Assembly (NCBI GenBank): GCA_048013815.1
Contig: CM106586.1
Location: 4,216,001-4,280,000 of the forward strand
Source of the DNA: Setoptus koraiensis
Lineage: Eukaryota > Animalia > Arthropoda
Direction of reading: 5' to 3'
Length of the DNA: 64,000 nucleotides
The translations under genes and the position numbers were made by a program. Shown here piece by piece: positions 61,601 through 64,000 of this stretch. How positions within the stretch are numbered: the stretch's first letter is position 1; every line of letters begins with the position of its first letter. The notes under the pieces were generated by a model, which saw only the letters and a program-made list of their open reading frames with translations, ran no database searches and was not told the origin of the DNA.

Positions 61601-62211
61601 CATCATTATATCCGGCACACAAGCTGACAGTATCGCACGATATTGTCAGCATATTAATGGTGTTAGCCGGCATAGGCATGGACCTGGGCCTGTCATTTAT
61701 AATATTCCTTATGTGCATTGGCAAGGCACCAAAAGTGGTGCTGTTCGTAATGGAATCACCTTTTTGGTCATTGCCGGCCTCATTATCTCTGTGTGCCTTT
61801 TTAATACACAGCGAGGTCATAATACAGACAGTAACTGTATTATTGCCGCCACCGTCGAGCGGTTATATTCATTTATTGATTATTTATTGTGCCACTATTA
61901 TAGTGACTTACTTATTGGCAATATTGTTATATCTCTTTTGGGAGCTGCCAATTAGCAGGCTAATAACGGAAATAATGAAGACACTTGTGACCGGCAACAA
62001 CAACAACAAGCAACATAATTTGCAATTAAACAGCAACAACAACAACAACAGCAAGCAAGCCAGCCTAATCTTGCAACAACAACAACAGGCGCTAAACCAA
62101 CATCAAATTGGAACAACAAAACAACAACAACAACAACAACAACACATGGAACTGGGCCGCATTATTGTCAACCGGGGACCCGATAACAACAACAAGCCCA
62201 TTGAGGACTAA
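58657..62211 (+). CDS. Nose resistant to fluoxetine 6 (NRF-6)/OACYL-like membrane acyltransferase (NRF domain + acyltransferase-3 domain), 1184 aa, intronless
   Basis: Signal-peptide-like N-terminus. NRF domain: YMDSFAHVPSDVLRANIRWYGSYAGCL, TRYCLG, RLGLCLPETC. AT3 domain: RLESLNAIKVILLLWVIAGH, EIFFVVTGLL, YRYLRLMP, WYLSVDMQ. Multiple TM segments. AATAAA at 62417. Confidence 0.92.
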   Translation: MATQTHALLAMVLAMQLCNMMTLAAFMPADSSTGGGATVAPTSAQPVSSQQTMANGAPNEYEQVTIEQRRQWDVQNTWPFSWLKQFLDIDNEFLPDINLNFSLFTSHRFHDMQLNDEVYKYFYNDYPKNATVDDVLLSAIKANLRFQPTPLHNSWGYADRNELLASGSPVANSILCTTQLAHLVQRLDGAPGASWAGRAASGDSGESNERQQSSQDANAPASNINNNNNNNNEQARRIYRSQDLDFWRYMDSFAHVPSDVLRANIRWYGSYAGCLDSPLLMTSATNQRGNASLATTTPTNGASSSLTTTTTRQQQPQLIRTRYCLGALKSRHWPQPKPDPNYPNYAEKNYFFRLGLCLPETCDTTSFDYKQNVDYIERLVKHNLISPFNSDRYYLADMYCLPDDRSPLRKVPLMAWLLGVSAACWMGVVLMATLVQLNVDKFYTKNIECLMDFDEKNKRARVDENNTIYSSGNNKMGPTNREWSPAKIKWLRLNMWLMSKSKQLVFGVDIIDCLSLYTNVNKFTAKCKRHIIDTHNKQQQQQRQQQQQQQQLASSSDTRSTTTTTATNYPTESTDNPTQSKHNPAPDWEPQNKVRLESLNAIKVILLLWVIAGHVLFFGSSIVRDAELVKHMVRAVPIVTIMGGIYITEIFFVVTGLLVAYLVFKNNTVTRIINNSNNDNNSDAELAAGQQDNSEDDEQQRHDKQQQQLIVPHKRLLSAPFWLLMLVYRYLRLMPTYLVVYSHVKLVSVYMGSGPSYDYAVSANSKRRDCVQESWWPVLTLTTNLVDLYSHCVVGGWYLSVDMQSLIISIPLLILMAKLQGRYAHQRQQRANNKIFISTTNNNSNNNSTTKQQQLSSVHKQQQQRQAFLSKYKLLLLGYFVIILSIISSAVLCIMYVIRQDLVDFGYLLKLAPHTFAISSKNANIYTNTLFRFRSFGLGLILGHMLYLYERNVLRIPIILRRYGPQLTVATFATCAFLLYVPSLYPAHKLTVSHDIVSILMVLAGIGMDLGLSFIIFLMCIGKAPKVVLFVMESPFWSLPASLSLCAFLIHSEVIIQTVTVLLPPPSSGYIHLLIIYCATIIVTYLLAILLYLFWELPISRLITEIMKTLVTGNNNNKQHNLQLNSNNNNNSKQASLILQQQQQALNQHQIGTTKQQQQQQQHMELGRIIVNRGPDNNNKPIED

Positions 62212-62275
62212 TCACAAGCAGGCGGCTAATCCGTGTGGCTGGCGCGCTCACAGTGCCCAATTTTATTATACAAAC

Positions 62276-62360
62276 ATTCTAGTGGCTATCACATCCTATA
62301 GCCACTAGAATATAGCCGCTAGAATATAGCCACTAGAATATAGCCACTAGAATATAGCCA
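62276..62360. repeat. 14-bp tandem repeat (TATAGCCACTAGAA x~4.5) preceded by an inverted copy
   Basis: ATTCTAGTGGCTAT at 62276..62289 is the reverse complement of ATAGCCACTAGAAT at 62298..62311. The tandem copies follow. Confidence 0.92.
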
Positions 62361-62577
62361 AGTGTGTGGATAGTGGATATAAATCGCTCATCTTATATTT
62401 CTATTTTATTTATAGCAATAAAGAGAAAGAGAGCGCCCCCTTTGCTCCGTTACAAGACACGGCGCCCCATTGGTGTTGATGGGCACCAGCATGCTCGTTA
62501 AATCATGGCCACTTTGCCATGTTATGTAATGACGATATTATTAAAATAATCTGATAATAAAAGTGACATTATATTGG

Positions 62578-62578
62578 C

Positions 62579-62619
<41 letters not shown>

Positions 62620-62667
62620 CGACAACAACGACAACAACAACAACAACAACGACAACAACGACAACAA
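62578..62667. repeat. (CAA)n trinucleotide tract with CGA interruptions, 30 triplets
   Basis: Read directly. Confidence 0.95.
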
Positions 62668-63505
62668 GCGATCCAAACAATATCCTATTCACATGCACGT
62701 GTGACACACATATTCACGGCAAACAACGGCATGCTGGCGACTGCCATAACTCACACAACAAACAGTGTAACCAAACTGTGTGTCGAGCGAGTGAGTGGCT
62801 CAAGTCATAACACCAACTGTCGCTATAGTTAGACCGTATAGCCAGAGCTCAACATGGGGCGCACATTACGCAATGACGTAGTACGTGTAACAACGTGTTA
62901 GTTAACTATCTAAACTAGCGAATGCTAGCTCTAGGTTAGGCGCCCTAAACAACGGCTAGCCAGTTGGCTATGATTGATACCGACTATCGCAAGTTGTTGC
63001 CAGCGTATTAGTGTGCAAGGTTCATTATCATCGTGATCATCAGCTATTAACTGGCTGTTGTTGCCCGATGTTGTTGCTCAACGTGGTTGCTCGTGGTGGT
63101 TGCTCGACACACAGTTGTTGCTCGATGTTGTTGCGTGAAACGAGACACTGCAACTTGCAACCAACCAGCGCCATATGTCGTGCTTGCTTGTGACCGTTAT
63201 TTAGTTATTTAGTTATTTAGCTCGCAGTTTCAAAGTTTGTTGTTGTTTCAAAGTTTGTTGTTGTTTGTCCATGTCGTTTGTTGTGTCGCTCGGTGCTTGT
63301 TTGTTTGTTCTCGCTTGTTTGTTGTTTGTTTGTTCTTGCTTGTTTGTTGTTGTTGTTGTCGTCGTCGTCGGCGCTTGTTGTTTGTGCAACAAATTAGGAC
63401 TAAAGACTCTTTTGTAAAGACTCTTCACAGAGCGAGTCGCTTGCTTCCATGGACAACTCCCCCATTGACAATTGTGAGTGACTCGAGCTAGGCGGCGCTA
63501 CAAAC

Positions 63506-63599
63506 AGTCTTGGCCGGCGAGTCTCGACCGGCGAGTCTTGGCTGGCGAGTCTCGACCGGCGAGTCTTGGCTGGCGAGTCTTGGCTGGCGAGTCTTGGCG
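63506..63599. repeat. 14-bp minisatellite with two unit variants (A=GGCGAGTCTCGACC, B=GGCGAGTCTTGGCT), order A-B-A-B-B-B'
   Basis: Read directly. Confidence 0.9.
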
Positions 63600-64000
63600 T
63601 GACAGTGCGGCCCAACAATTGTCATTTGTCGATGCAAGTCCACTCTGCTATAGAAGCATTAACAAAAAGCGCCATGTGAGCGTGAACCGTAGCGATAAAT
63701 ATCCATTGTTGTTACAGTGTTTGTATCAGCGTGAGCGGCCATTGATTTTGATTACATCACATGAGCGCTGATTGCTGGTCAGTGATGACTAGTTGACACA
63801 GTCGCTACTCGTGTGCCAGTTATATTGCCAATTTGCTTTCATTTGGCACGTGTGTGCGTCATAATTTGTAACTAACACTAATTACCGCGCAACCGAAAAA
63901 GTACCAATAATTGATGATTGTTCATCATACAAATCATCATATAATCGTATATCATATCATTTGCTTTATGGGGCACGTAAACAGCAATATAAAAGAGCAG

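Noticed and set aside
62297-63599. Short repeat arrays as CRISPR-like loci (also 14012, 26546, 53725)
   Set aside because: The repeats are contiguous with no unique spacers, there are no cas genes, and the context is eukaryotic.
1-64000. tRNA, rRNA, spliceosomal snRNA, transposase/reverse-transcriptase or bacterial HGT cassette
   Set aside because: No T-loop/cloverleaf, snRNA 5' signature, DDE/RT motif or operon-like structure was recognised by eye. A covariance-model scan would be needed to exclude divergent RNAs.

Overview
Eukaryotic (animal) genomic DNA, most likely from an arthropod with a compact, intron-poor genome. A mite is plausible, but that is inference from protein motifs, intron poverty and CAA/CA-repeat-rich DNA. 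I can support 13 protein-coding loci: C2CD5 (partial, runs off the left edge), RPL10A, an orphan 322-aa ORF, a LIM-homeobox gene, La/SSB, RAD17, RBBP5, a small orphan ORF, cytochrome c1, UNC-50, a 4CL/luciferase-like acyl-CoA ligase, the 3' half of a GRK2/Gprk1 kinase, and an NRF-6-type acyltransferase. Seven of them are packed into an 11.7-kb housekeeping block (29.6-41.4 kb). Two long microsatellite-rich stretches (about 8.7-27.7 kb and 45-58.6 kb) have no convincing ORFs. The standout is the LIM-homeobox gene: its two LIM domains are Lhx1/5 (Lim1)-type but its homeodomain is Lhx2/9 (Apterous)-type, which suggests a chimera between two ancient LIM-HD classes. Also notable: the upstream GRK kinase exons are not visible in the remaining 19 kb, so NRF-6 may be nested in a GRK intron. 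There is a perfect (ACTAAT)37 array, a 224-nt rod-like structured element, several long perfect palindromes, and very large low-complexity in-frame insertions in conserved proteins. I found no tRNA, rRNA, CRISPR array or transposase. Comparisons with reference proteins and miRNAs are from memory; no database search was run.
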